A DNA stretch of 64,000 nt from a virus (IMGVR_UViG_3300036985_002287:30613-94612); one strand, 5' to 3'; shown: positions 7,698 to 15,098, counted from the first letter of the stretch. Numbers and translations: made by a program. The notes: generated by a model from the sequence alone, not told the origin.

Positions 7698-8866
7698 GGT
7701 GTCTTATCGAACTGTCCTATGTTATAAAATCGAGAAAATATCGATTTTGTTGCAATTTTGTTACCTAGCGGATCTAAATCACAATACATGGCATCAATAT
7801 CATCCATCTCGGATGAATAATTATGGCGCCACGCTGCGATCGAATCTTTCAATTCTGGATGAGAATATAACCAGTAGTCCTTATCTTCTCTAAATACACT
7901 CTTAGGCTTCTCAGCCTGAAAGCGACTAAAATCCCAATCTTTATATATTATAGTACGAATAGCATGTTGCGCCAATTCTGCGGCAGCATGGGCTTGATCT
8001 TTTGTTTCTGTATCCCATTTTCTTTGAATGAGAGGTCTCATAGCAGGATTATTATTAAAATATTGGAATACTTGATAGGCCTGCTCGTACACTAATTCGG
8101 GCATATTGGGTGCCCAATAAAATAATTCTAATCCCTCTGTATTCTCGTGATAAGGTGTACTGACTGCAATTATACCATCATTAAATACCATACCAACATC
8201 ACCTTCGTCGTCGGCTACTACAATCGGTTTATCGACCCCCCATATCTCTGCAACCCGCTTACCTGCAGATAACCACTTTTTCTCGTTTTCGGAGAATGTC
8301 TGCATACGCATAAGATTTGCTGCCGAGTGCAGATGCTGTTGTGTTTCAAATAGTGAATCCTTAAAGTATTCAGGACTACATTTATCGACCCATTCGGCAA
8401 CTTCGATTTTTATTTCTGGATGATTTTGTGCAAGCCATTCCAGATCTTTTTTAATCACAAGATCCCATTCACTCATGAAATTGTAGGCGCTCTTGTCATC
8501 TGATCTGACCCGGTGTAGTGGTTGCGCCTTCATGGGCCAGCGAACAAATATACAATCCAGTTTTATATTATTTTTTAAGAAAGTATTCAGAACAGTCCAG
8601 CTATCGCTACCTCCACTGTAATATAACACGAGGTAATCATATGAATCCCTTATCTGTTGAGCTCTTTCTTTATATAATGTTTCTAACGGAGTTTTTCCTA
8701 ATATAGATTTATCGAAATTTAACCATGTATTAAAGAAATAGGAATAGTGTACCCGAGTTTTACTTTTCGATGCCTGCACTAATGCTTCGATCTTATTATA
8801 GTATTTTACATACTTCCCGGCATCATTCTGTGCCCACCATTCTCCATTCTTGTATAAATGTTTCAT
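7694..8866 (-). CDS. PP-loop (SGGxDS) ATP pyrophosphatase-family protein
   Basis: LVLYYSGGSDSWTVL PP-loop motif about 85 aa from N-terminus; 390 aa; ATGA overlap with downstream TctC gene. Confidence 0.55.
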   Translation of the reverse strand: MKHLYKNGEWWAQNDAGKYVKYYNKIEALVQASKSKTRVHYSYFFNTWLNFDKSILGKTPLETLYKERAQQIRDSYDYLVLYYSGGSDSWTVLNTFLKNNIKLDCIFVRWPMKAQPLHRVRSDDKSAYNFMSEWDLVIKKDLEWLAQNHPEIKIEVAEWVDKCSPEYFKDSLFETQQHLHSAANLMRMQTFSENEKKWLSAGKRVAEIWGVDKPIVVADDEGDVGMVFNDGIIAVSTPYHENTEGLELFYWAPNMPELVYEQAYQVFQYFNNNPAMRPLIQRKWDTETKDQAHAAAELAQHAIRTIIYKDWDFSRFQAEKPKSVFREDKDYWLYSHPELKDSIAAWRHNYSSEMDDIDAMYCDLDPLGNKIATKSIFSRFYNIGQFDKTP

Positions 8867-10050
8867 TACGGTATAATCTCCACAAAATCGTATATTGATG
8901 CAGTAGTTACTAATTGTTTATCTTCTACCGATAATTTACTGAACCATTTTACTGGATCACCTTCTGCCATCCGTCTGCCTAAATATTTAACTAATTCGCA
9001 AACGGGCTCGACTACTTCTGTACGATAGCTATCATTCTTAAGGACATAAGCTATATGCAAATTCTTCATGCAGTTACCACGACACCATTCCACGGCTTCA
9101 CATCTATGGCATGGCATATCTGGATGCATCTGCAAAGGGCTATGTGTTAAAGTATTATCGGTAATGGAACCATGCTGCATATCGGGCACCCATGTCATAT
9201 CTGTACACGCAAATATTTTTCCATCAGGGCTTATATTAACTGCATTAGTTGAAGACCGACACTGTGCTTTACCCGAACATTGTGCAGCAGCCGCACCAGG
9301 CACCGCCATGTTACGCGCAATGCCCATTAATGGTACAATAGGGTAGACACCGTCATAGGAATAGAATCTATCTACCAATTGGTCGATCACTCGTTTTTTT
9401 GCTTCCATATGTTCGGGGTAATATACACCTTTTTGTTGAGCAAATTGAAAATGCACCCAATCAAATGTTTCTAATAATTTATCGAAAGCTTCAGAAGGTA
9501 AGTCTGGATCACACCAAGTAACTCTTGCAGTCAGTGTACCTGTTACCCTGGACTGTATTGCTCCTACATTTTTCATAATGTTAGCAAATACATTCTTACC
9601 ACGATACTTATTCGTTATTTGTTCGGTACCATCTATCGATATAAGGAAATTTGTAAAGCGTGATAGCACATCGTCATCTATTTTATTCAATAGTGTGCCA
9701 TTTGTTATAATTTGATATTCCGCAAAAGGAAACCGATCCATAACTTCTGTTATGAACGGCCTGTTCATTAACGGCTCGCCGCCAAAGAATGTGAAATAGA
9801 TATCCTTATCAGACAAGTGAGTATCAACAAATGTCTCTAATTCGTCTAAAGAATATGTAGGTTTTCCTTGAGATGAGAGAATATCTCCTTCGCCTAACAC
9901 ACAGTAAGAACAACTAAGATTGCACTTCAGTGTAGTAGATATCTGGATTTCAACTCTGTTACCACTAATTGCTGGCAGAATTACTGTATCCATGCTCTTT
10001 CTATTATCGATCAACTTCTGTTTTAATAAAATTTGCAAGTTTTGCAGCAT
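8866..10050 (-). CDS. radical SAM enzyme with C-terminal SPASM-like Cys cluster
   Basis: CNLSCSYC (CxxxCxxC), FGGEPLMN, ITNGTLL, C-terminal CxxC...C...C (CHRCEAVEWCRGNC); start may be ATG 9993 (MDTVIL). Confidence 0.8.
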   Translation of the reverse strand: MLQNLQILLKQKLIDNRKSMDTVILPAISGNRVEIQISTTLKCNLSCSYCVLGEGDILSSQGKPTYSLDELETFVDTHLSDKDIYFTFFGGEPLMNRPFITEVMDRFPFAEYQIITNGTLLNKIDDDVLSRFTNFLISIDGTEQITNKYRGKNVFANIMKNVGAIQSRVTGTLTARVTWCDPDLPSEAFDKLLETFDWVHFQFAQQKGVYYPEHMEAKKRVIDQLVDRFYSYDGVYPIVPLMGIARNMAVPGAAAAQCSGKAQCRSSTNAVNISPDGKIFACTDMTWVPDMQHGSITDNTLTHSPLQMHPDMPCHRCEAVEWCRGNCMKNLHIAYVLKNDSYRTEVVEPVCELVKYLGRRMAEGDPVKWFSKLSVEDKQLVTTASIYDFVEIIP

Positions 10051-10216
10051 CCTCGGGAGATAGAATAAGTTCGGTCATCACCCGTTCATTAGTTGGATCT
10101 AATGCTGTATCGAATGTAGATAGGAATCGTAGTTGATATTCATTTGATCGAGGATTAGCATCACGCATCTCTACATAGACTGAATACGATCCGTTTGTAC
10201 TAAGAAGTTGTTTCAT
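10004..10216 (-). CDS. hypothetical protein
   Basis: 70 aa ORF immediately upstream of radical SAM gene. Confidence 0.45.
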   Translation of the reverse strand: MKQLLSTNGSYSVYVEMRDANPRSNEYQLRFLSTFDTALDPTNERVMTELILSPEDAAKLANFIKTEVDR

Positions 10217-10413
10217 CGATCGCCTTCGAATGCGGCCTCCGCCGCCATTACTAAATTGTCATAACCGATGTCATACAATTCGGCAGGATCTAATTCATTC
10301 AGCTCTTCTTCTGTCATATCAAGTCCGTCGTCCCAGCAACCTTCTGTAGCATAGAAGCCATCATCCATGTCGCCTTCGACTACAACGCTATTCCAATCAA
10401 CTTCTTTACTCAT
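10213..10413 (-). CDS. small highly acidic protein
   Basis: 66 aa, D/E-rich (EGDMDDGFYATEGCWDDGLDMTEEELNELD); AGGAG SD. Confidence 0.5.
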   Translation of the reverse strand: MSKEVDWNSVVVEGDMDDGFYATEGCWDDGLDMTEEELNELDPAELYDIGYDNLVMAAEAAFEGDR

Positions 10414-10757
10414 GTTTTACTCCTGTGTATTATATTGAAATACACTGGCAATACTGAGGAGCCAGTTCCGCAGGCAAATACGAGTTCTCGTAGATGAATG
10501 CACCTGGAGCCATTTTCATACCAATATACTTCAATATGATCACAAATAAAAGTGTTCTGGCGACTCCACCACAAAGTCCCAGAACCGGGCTATTAATCCA
10601 TTCATCTAATATCTGTCACGTTTGGCCAAATTAGAACTGACCTACGATTTTTCCAGGCTCCCCTACAAGGGGACTATGAGGCTGATCGTATGCGTACCCG
10701 GCAACTATGGTCTCTTGCCTAACCCACTTCACATAACGGAAAAGTGTACTCCGGGTC

Positions 10758-10961
10758 CTATTTTGAAGAACTTGTATCTTGTTCTAATAATCGTTCTTCA
10801 TATTCTTCTTCGGTCAACGAGTGACTACCATTACAATAACCTGTGGTACTACGACCACATCCGCATGGTTGTTTGTGGTCTGTGCCAAAAATCATATCCC
10901 ATCTCTGCGAGTATTCCTCGTTAGAAACACTCCGGGGTCTTTGCTTACTTCCCTTACTCAT
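10758..10961 (-). CDS. hypothetical protein
   Basis: 67 aa; CGCG...GYCNGSH Cys/His cluster. Confidence 0.5.
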   Translation of the reverse strand: MSKGSKQRPRSVSNEEYSQRWDMIFGTDHKQPCGCGRSTTGYCNGSHSLTEEEYEERLLEQDTSSSK

Positions 10962-11053
10962 TATTATCTTATCCTTTTAAAATTGCGATACTGTGCTTCA
11001 TCCTGATCAGGGCCTATACACAGTGGTGCTCCCGTCTTTCAACATCGCAAACT

Positions 11054-11138
11054 TGGTGCGGCTGGCCGGACTCGAACCGGCACACCTTTCGGCGAGAGAT
11101 TTTAAGTCTCTTGTGTCTACCAATTTCACCACAGCCGC
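11054..11138 (-). tRNA. tRNA-Leu (anticodon TAA), CCA encoded
   Basis: GCGGCTGTGGTGAAATTGGTAGACACAAGAGACTTAAAATCTCT-long variable arm-GCCGGTTCGAGTCCGGCCAGCCGCACCA; class II cloverleaf. Confidence 0.9.
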
Positions 11139-11168
11139 AGTATTCACTAATAAGTATTTATTATATAC

Positions 11169-11501
11169 TTATTCATAGTATATGTCAATATAGGCCAAGG
11201 CATCCATTTCTTCTTGCAGTGCAGTGGCAACGGATTCCTTCACACGCAGCGGATCATTAATCACAACTTCGCGAACCTTATTTGCGATCGAGTCGCGACC
11301 ATTTAGGTACGCAATTAGTCGACCGGATGCAATCGCTCGGCCAACCTTCTTATTGAATACATCAGTTGTATTACACCGAGCAATGGAAACAAGAACCTTA
11401 TTGTTATCGGCTGGCAGAATTGCAATTGTGGCGCCACCACGCGAACTCATTTCCATGTCCATGTTGAAGTACCGATAATGCATAAATTCTAGCTTATTCA
11501 T
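11169..11501 (-). CDS. hypothetical protein
   Basis: 110 aa ORF; AAGGAA SD. Confidence 0.55.
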   Translation of the reverse strand: MNKLEFMHYRYFNMDMEMSSRGGATIAILPADNNKVLVSIARCNTTDVFNKKVGRAIASGRLIAYLNGRDSIANKVREVVINDPLRVKESVATALQEEMDALAYIDIYYE

Positions 11502-11538
11502 TGTGTTCCTTTGTGTGTTAAAGCGTTTATAAGTTTAT

Positions 11539-11567
11539 ATTTTACAGTAAGGCAAGCTGCCTGTCAA
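11539..11567 (-). promoter_or_regulatory. promoter TTGACA-N17-TAAAAT
   Basis: tgtcaa 11562-11567; atttta 11539-11544. Confidence 0.55.
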
Positions 11568-11574
11568 CTATCTT

Positions 11575-12102
11575 TTACTTTGGCCTGTAAAATTTGTGAT
11601 TGTCGATTATTGCCATCACCTCAAATTGTTTTGACCAGATAGGATATTTGTAACCTTTAGCTTTCATCACTTTGTCAGCAAGGTAAAATGTTGCGCCACC
11701 GGTCGGATCGGGTACTGTTCGGTGTGCCACTTTATGTGCTACCTGCATGGCCATTTGCCAACTTTGCTTGTCGATTTCGTTCTTTTGATTCGGTATTTTG
11801 TTTGGGCTAACTGCTATATTTCTAAGTGTAGCGTTATTATTAAATACGCTATACTGCTTAGGCTGTAATACGACCTGGCATAACGTCTTTTTAACCGCCC
11901 TATTTAATGCTGTGTATGCCACAGCTACCTGACCACGCTCCGGCTCGCTACGAGCTTCGCCGTATATAGCAGTAGCCAAACACTTGATCTGCTTCATATC
12001 AACCTTAACTACTTTCGGAGTATGATGCGGTTTAAAACACATTGTCGGCTGACCCAGACCTAATGTGGTAGGCACTAATGCTAGTAAGAGTAATTGCTTC
12101 AT
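11575..12102 (-). CDS. SleB-like cell-wall hydrolase, secreted
   Basis: Signal peptide; AIYGEARSEP...VAYTALNR...PKQYSVFN signature of SleB/Hydrolase_2 family. Confidence 0.7.
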   Translation of the reverse strand: MKQLLLLALVPTTLGLGQPTMCFKPHHTPKVVKVDMKQIKCLATAIYGEARSEPERGQVAVAYTALNRAVKKTLCQVVLQPKQYSVFNNNATLRNIAVSPNKIPNQKNEIDKQSWQMAMQVAHKVAHRTVPDPTGGATFYLADKVMKAKGYKYPIWSKQFEVMAIIDNHKFYRPK

Positions 12103-12109
12103 ACTTCCT

Positions 12110-12138
12110 ATTATATCTTAAATAGGAGTATGAGTCAA
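12110..12138 (-). promoter_or_regulatory. promoter TTGACT-N17-TATAAT, 7 nt from ATG
   Basis: agtcaa 12133-12138; attata 12110-12115; ATG 12102. Confidence 0.65.
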
Positions 12139-12155
12139 TAGGAATTAGAATAAGC

Positions 12156-12177
12156 GGCAGTCACGAAAAGTAGTGCC
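12156..12177. repeat. GGCAGT...hairpin element, short copy
   Basis: ggcagtcacgaaaagtagtgcc; shares TTCGYGACTGCC half with the other copies. Confidence 0.3.
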
Positions 12178-12313
12178 GAACCAGAACCCAATCCGGTCGA
12201 GATGCTTTTCTACTGTCTGTTCCGACATGTATTAGGAACCTTTATAAGAAGTTTACAGCCCTTTCGGGATTGGCTCCACTTATGCCGTGGTGAGCATTCT
12301 TATATTAAAAATT

Positions 12314-12362
12314 GGCAGTCGCGAAAGTAACGATCTTTAACTATCTTGATACTACCACTGCC
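12314..12362. repeat. GGCAGTGG...TTCGCGACTGCC hairpin element, copy 2
   Basis: ggcagtcgcgaaag...ccactgcc, immediately downstream (minus sense) of tRNA 12401-12477. Confidence 0.45.
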
Positions 12363-12400
12363 GGTAATGTTTCTTGACTATCCACATCACCTTTTAAAAA

Positions 12401-12477
12401 TGGTAGGCCGGGTGGGAGTCTAACCCACGATCAACGGTTTATGAGACCGCTGCTTTAGGACACTAAGCTACCAGCCT
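12401..12477 (-). tRNA. tRNA with CAT anticodon (Met or lysidine-dependent Ile2), CCA encoded
   Basis: AGGCTGGTAGCTTAGT...GCGGTCTCATAAACCGT...GTGGGTTAGACTCCCACCCGGCCTACCA; A1-U72 and acceptor resemble E. coli ileX as I recall it. Confidence 0.85.
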
Positions 12478-12482
12478 AAATT

Positions 12483-12674
12483 TTATTTCTTGGTTTTTCT
12501 TGGGTCATCATCCATTAACCCTTGCGCCAATAAGGCATCGCATACACCATTCATGATGATCCACAATTTCCAGTCGGTAGCGCCGCCTTGCTTAACCATT
12601 TCTCTCAATTGTGTATTTGTTTCCTGCAATTCTTGCAGAATTGCATCTAATACTTCTTCTTTACTCTTAGCCAT
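12483..12674 (-). CDS. hypothetical protein
   Basis: 63 aa ORF. Confidence 0.5.
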   Translation of the reverse strand: MAKSKEEVLDAILQELQETNTQLREMVKQGGATDWKLWIIMNGVCDALLAQGLMDDDPRKTKK

Positions 12675-12698
12675 TATATCGCCTTTGTTTGTTATTTA

Positions 12699-12971
12699 CT
12701 ATTTCTTAAACCAAATCTTTGCAATCGCGGTAGCAACTATTAGTGATAAATGGTTGCTACAGAGAACATTTTCGCGTCGTGCAATCTTCGAAACTTCGTG
12801 GCTAAGATAATACCTAACCCAGCTCAACAGACCTTTCGCCTTAGCAAAACTGTCGTGTACATCTTTTCTGCTGTTAAATTCCGCATCACATATTTCGAAT
12901 AATGTATCAACTGCCCCTATCTCAGAGTTCATACAATGATACAATTCGATATGATTTCTTGGAGACAGCAT
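12699..12971 (-). CDS. hypothetical protein
   Basis: 90 aa ORF; 1-nt overlap upstream. Confidence 0.5.
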   Translation of the reverse strand: MLSPRNHIELYHCMNSEIGAVDTLFEICDAEFNSRKDVHDSFAKAKGLLSWVRYYLSHEVSKIARRENVLCSNHLSLIVATAIAKIWFKK

Positions 12972-13273
12972 TATTTGGCCAAACTAATGAAATGTCGTGG
13001 TGTTTTGAACTCTGCATCACCTTTTGCTCGCCATTGCGCCGGTGTCTGAGCTACCTTGGCAATCTTTGCGGCTGGCTTAACCATTTCGCGATTGATATAC
13101 CATGTAAGCATTTTGGCCTTAACTTGGTCTGCTACACTGCCATATTCGGGATCGTGGCTAAATCTAATCGGCGAATCCGCCCATGCATTGCGCGTCATGA
13201 AGGATGCCACTGCCTTCCTGTGCAATTTATTATTCGCATCAAATGCAACTGTGTTCATTTTATGAAGAATCAT
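12971..13273 (-). CDS. hypothetical protein
   Basis: 100 aa ORF; AAGGAAAC SD. Confidence 0.55.
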   Translation of the reverse strand: MILHKMNTVAFDANNKLHRKAVASFMTRNAWADSPIRFSHDPEYGSVADQVKAKMLTWYINREMVKPAAKIAKVAQTPAQWRAKGDAEFKTPRHFISLAK

Positions 13274-13291
13274 TTTGTTTCCTTAGTGTGT

Positions 13292-13366
13292 TGGTCCGGC
13301 GTACAGGAATCGAACCTGTATTAATAGCTTAGAAGGCTACTGTTCTTTCCATTGAACTAACGCCAG
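13292..13366 (-). tRNA. tRNA-Arg (anticodon TCT), CCA encoded
   Basis: CTGGCGTTAGTTCAATGGAAAGAACAGTAGCCTTCTAAGCTATTAATACAGGTTCGATTCCTGTACGCCGGACCA folds as cloverleaf. Confidence 0.9.
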
Positions 13367-13370
13367 AATG

Positions 13371-13484
13371 TTAAAGCTTTGACAAAACTGGTATTACGGT
13401 GAGAGCAACAAACTGCCAATTGACTACAATGTTTTCTGTAATAAATTCCACTATAAATTCCAAAATAGATTCTATCGTCTTCAT
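13371..13484 (-). CDS. possible 37-aa hydrophobic peptide
   Basis: MKTIESILEFIVEFITENIVVNWQFVALTVIPVLSKL; AAGGA SD and promoter 13509-13537 upstream; below ORF-track cutoff. Confidence 0.3.
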   Translation of the reverse strand: MKTIESILEFIVEFITENIVVNWQFVALTVIPVLSKL

Positions 13485-13508
13485 ATAGTCCTTTGTTGCT
13501 ATGTATTT

Positions 13509-13537
13509 ATTATATATAGATTAAGGCTCTCTGTCAA
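13509..13537 (-). promoter_or_regulatory. promoter TTGACA-N17-TATAAT
   Basis: tgtcaa 13532-13537; attata 13509-13514; upstream of small ORF and tRNA-Arg. Confidence 0.7.
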
Positions 13538-13763
13538 TGTCTTTCCAAATATGCAATTCACACATACCATGCTCGGTCCAGCCCGAGTATGCTCGGCCTT
13601 CCAGCCCGATGCATATGAATCCTTTTGGTACACTACATACACAGCCTTTATGATTTTCACTACCTACTGTAGTACAATGAAGATAATCTGTAAGACGAAA
13701 CTCACAATTACAGCAACATCGTCCTGCCGAACTCTCGGGCCAGCCTTGAAAACATTTATTCAT
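13521..13763 (-). CDS. Cys-rich small protein
   Basis: 80 aa with 11 Cys (CCCNC, HCT, CVC, CIG, CELH). Confidence 0.5.
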   Translation of the reverse strand: MNKCFQGWPESSAGRCCCNCEFRLTDYLHCTTVGSENHKGCVCSVPKGFICIGLEGRAYSGWTEHGMCELHIWKDIDREP

Positions 13764-13773
13764 TTCGGATATT

Positions 13774-13798
13774 AAAAAAGGGCCCAGGGACCCTTTTT
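13774..13798 (-). terminator. intrinsic terminator
   Basis: AAAAAGGG...CCCTTTTT GC hairpin with flanking T run after stop of 13814-14014. Confidence 0.65.
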
Positions 13799-13813
13799 AC
13801 TGTTTAGCTGATA

Positions 13814-14014
13814 TTACTTAGCAGCTGAAGCAGGAGCGGCCTTCTTTGCAGCAACTTTCTTTGCTGGCTTCTTAGCAACCACAGTCTTCGTAGCTGCTGC
13901 TGGTGCTGCCGCTGCTGGTGCTGCCGCTGCTGCTGGTGCTGCCGCTGCTGCTGGTGTGGCAGCGAAGGCGCTGAATGCAAATGCCGTAACGATAAGGGCG
14001 ATAACATGTTTCAT
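13814..14014 (-). CDS. secreted Ala/Pro/Lys-rich low-complexity protein
   Basis: Signal peptide MKHVIALIVTAFAFSAFA then (AAAAP)n and KK-rich tail; own promoter and terminator. Confidence 0.55.
   Translation of the reverse strand: MKHVIALIVTAFAFSAFAATPAAAAAPAAAAAPAAAAPAAATKTVVAKKPAKKVAAKKAAPASAAK
13893..13956. repeat. imperfect tandem repeat (about 18-nt unit) inside coding sequence
   Basis: gctgctggtgctgccgct reiterated about 3.5 times; encodes the AAAPAA repeats. Confidence 0.7.
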
Positions 14015-14096
14015 AATTTTTCCTTTTAAAAACGTGAATTACTATTTACAATCTTTATCCGGCAACCTAGCCGAAGATTGGGTGATTTAAGCTACT

Positions 14097-14125
14097 ATTG
14101 TATTATCTTTAACAATTTTTGTCAA
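14097..14125 (-). promoter_or_regulatory. promoter TTGACA-N17-TACAAT
   Basis: tgtcaa 14120-14125; attgta 14097-14102. Confidence 0.65.
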
Positions 14126-14137
14126 CTAATCCTTTTA

Positions 14138-14491
14138 TTAATGCAAAATATGTGGTTCGGAAGCATTGTCTTTTTCTATTATATGATTAATTGCTACATT
14201 CATCATATCACGCATCTTACGCTCATTACGAATGATCATTCGGACAATATTTCTGCAATGTTCGACTGAGATATCCTGTACTTGAAGCATTTCACCTGCC
14301 TCAGTGAACCAAATTTCTTCAGGGAATACTTCACCATCTTGTGCCGTGTAGGTTTTATGTTCTTGCCACTGTACCTTGTACCCCGCACCGTTAGGTAGTT
14401 CCTGAATGTCGATTGCGTATTTGCCTTCGAGCATTAACGGTGCTATAAATTTCTCGAGTTCTTCGGGAGTTTTAATTTCTTTATTCATCAT
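14138..14491 (-). CDS. hypothetical protein
   Basis: 117 aa ORF directly abutting upstream gene. Confidence 0.55.
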   Translation of the reverse strand: MMNKEIKTPEELEKFIAPLMLEGKYAIDIQELPNGAGYKVQWQEHKTYTAQDGEVFPEEIWFTEAGEMLQVQDISVEHCRNIVRMIIRNERKMRDMMNVAINHIIEKDNASEPHILH

Positions 14492-14731
14492 TTATGCTCG
14501 TGTATTCCATTTTTCAATTGCTTCCTCTTTAGAGTCAGCGGACATTTCACACCCGCAGCCACCGGCGGTTGTGGGACAATTAAAACTCCAGCACCACTGC
14601 TCTTTAGGTACTTCTCTAAATGAGTGATACGATCTGCCAAACTCATTATCCTTCCAGCCAGTACCGCTTGGATATAGTGTGTCTCCATCGTCGAGATCAA
14701 CTTCGTGACCGCAAAACGGGCAGGGTTTCAT
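14492..14731 (-). CDS. Lar-family restriction-alleviation-like protein
   Basis: MKPCPFCG...CP...CGC...EEAIEKWNTRA matches the Lar family pattern; start at internal ATG (ATGA overlap). Confidence 0.55.
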   Translation of the reverse strand: MKPCPFCGHEVDLDDGDTLYPSGTGWKDNEFGRSYHSFREVPKEQWCWSFNCPTTAGGCGCEMSADSKEEAIEKWNTRA

Positions 14732-14955
14732 TTTACTACTTTCATAATTTGCCAACAATTACTTGTACCTTCCACACCGTCGTCATATCGTACACAAACA
14801 TTCCCCCAGAAAGATTCGGATCCGTCGTGATGCAGCACTTGTTCGATTATAGTAGCTTCCATCTTTAGTGGTGTAACATATACACGATCACCTTTTTTCC
14901 ACAGTGGCCTTCGGCCCTCGCTGTCAACTCTTTTCATCTTGACGTTCTTTAGCAT
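14728..14955 (-). CDS. hypothetical protein
   Basis: 75 aa ORF. Confidence 0.5.
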   Translation of the reverse strand: MLKNVKMKRVDSEGRRPLWKKGDRVYVTPLKMEATIIEQVLHHDGSESFWGNVCVRYDDGVEGTSNCWQIMKVVK

Positions 14956-15064
14956 CTCTCTTCTGAGCTTGCCGTTCAGACTTCCAGAAAATGCGTTTCC
15001 AGTCTCTTAAATGCTTCCACCATTGCGGCGCAGGCGTGAGCTGCCCTTGTCTTTTTTGTGCCAT
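14924..15064 (-). CDS. possible 46-aa basic Trp-rich peptide (leaderless)
   Basis: MAQKRQGQLTPAPQWWKHLRDWKRIFWKSERQ...; ATG 5 nt after TATAAT of promoter 15070-15098; below track cutoff. Confidence 0.3.
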   Translation of the reverse strand: MAQKRQGQLTPAPQWWKHLRDWKRIFWKSERQAQKRDAKERQDEKS

Positions 15065-15069
15065 AGTAT

Positions 15070-15098
15070 ATTATAGTTGTAATTAAGTTTAATGTCAA
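15070..15098 (-). promoter_or_regulatory. perfect promoter TTGACA-N17-TATAAT
   Basis: tgtcaa 15093-15098; attata 15070-15075. Confidence 0.7.

Noticed and set aside
7694-8866. Calling the PP-loop protein QueC (to complete the preQ0 pathway)
   Set aside because: The SGGxDS motif lies about 85 residues in rather than at the N-terminus. The protein is about 390 aa, versus about 230 aa for QueC. I did not see the C-terminal Zn-binding Cys cluster. The gene is 35 kb from the que genes.
8866-10050. Certainty about the radical SAM start codon at 10050
   Set aside because: ATG 10050 overlaps the upstream ORF by 47 nt with GAGG too close to it. ATG 9993 (MDTVIL) is equally plausible. I kept the track coordinates but flagged the uncertainty.
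10429-10451. TATAAT with TTGCCA as promoter of the acidic-ORF operon
   Set aside because: The spacer is only 11 nt. The -10 box is noted in a finding, but no promoter feature is called.
12902-13324. 140-aa plus-strand ORF running across two genes and into tRNA-Arg
   Set aside because: It is antisense to coupled minus-strand ORFs and overlaps a tRNA gene, and it has no start signals.
13893-13956. Tandem repeat as a CRISPR-like or VNTR noncoding array
   Set aside because: The units are contiguous with no spacers and lie inside a coding frame. No CRISPR array exists anywhere in the window.
13804-14007. Q/R/H-rich 67-aa ORF in another minus-strand frame of the Ala-rich repeat
   Set aside because: It is a frame shadow of the GCN-repeat DNA. 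The Ala/Pro frame has the signal peptide, SD, promoter and terminator.
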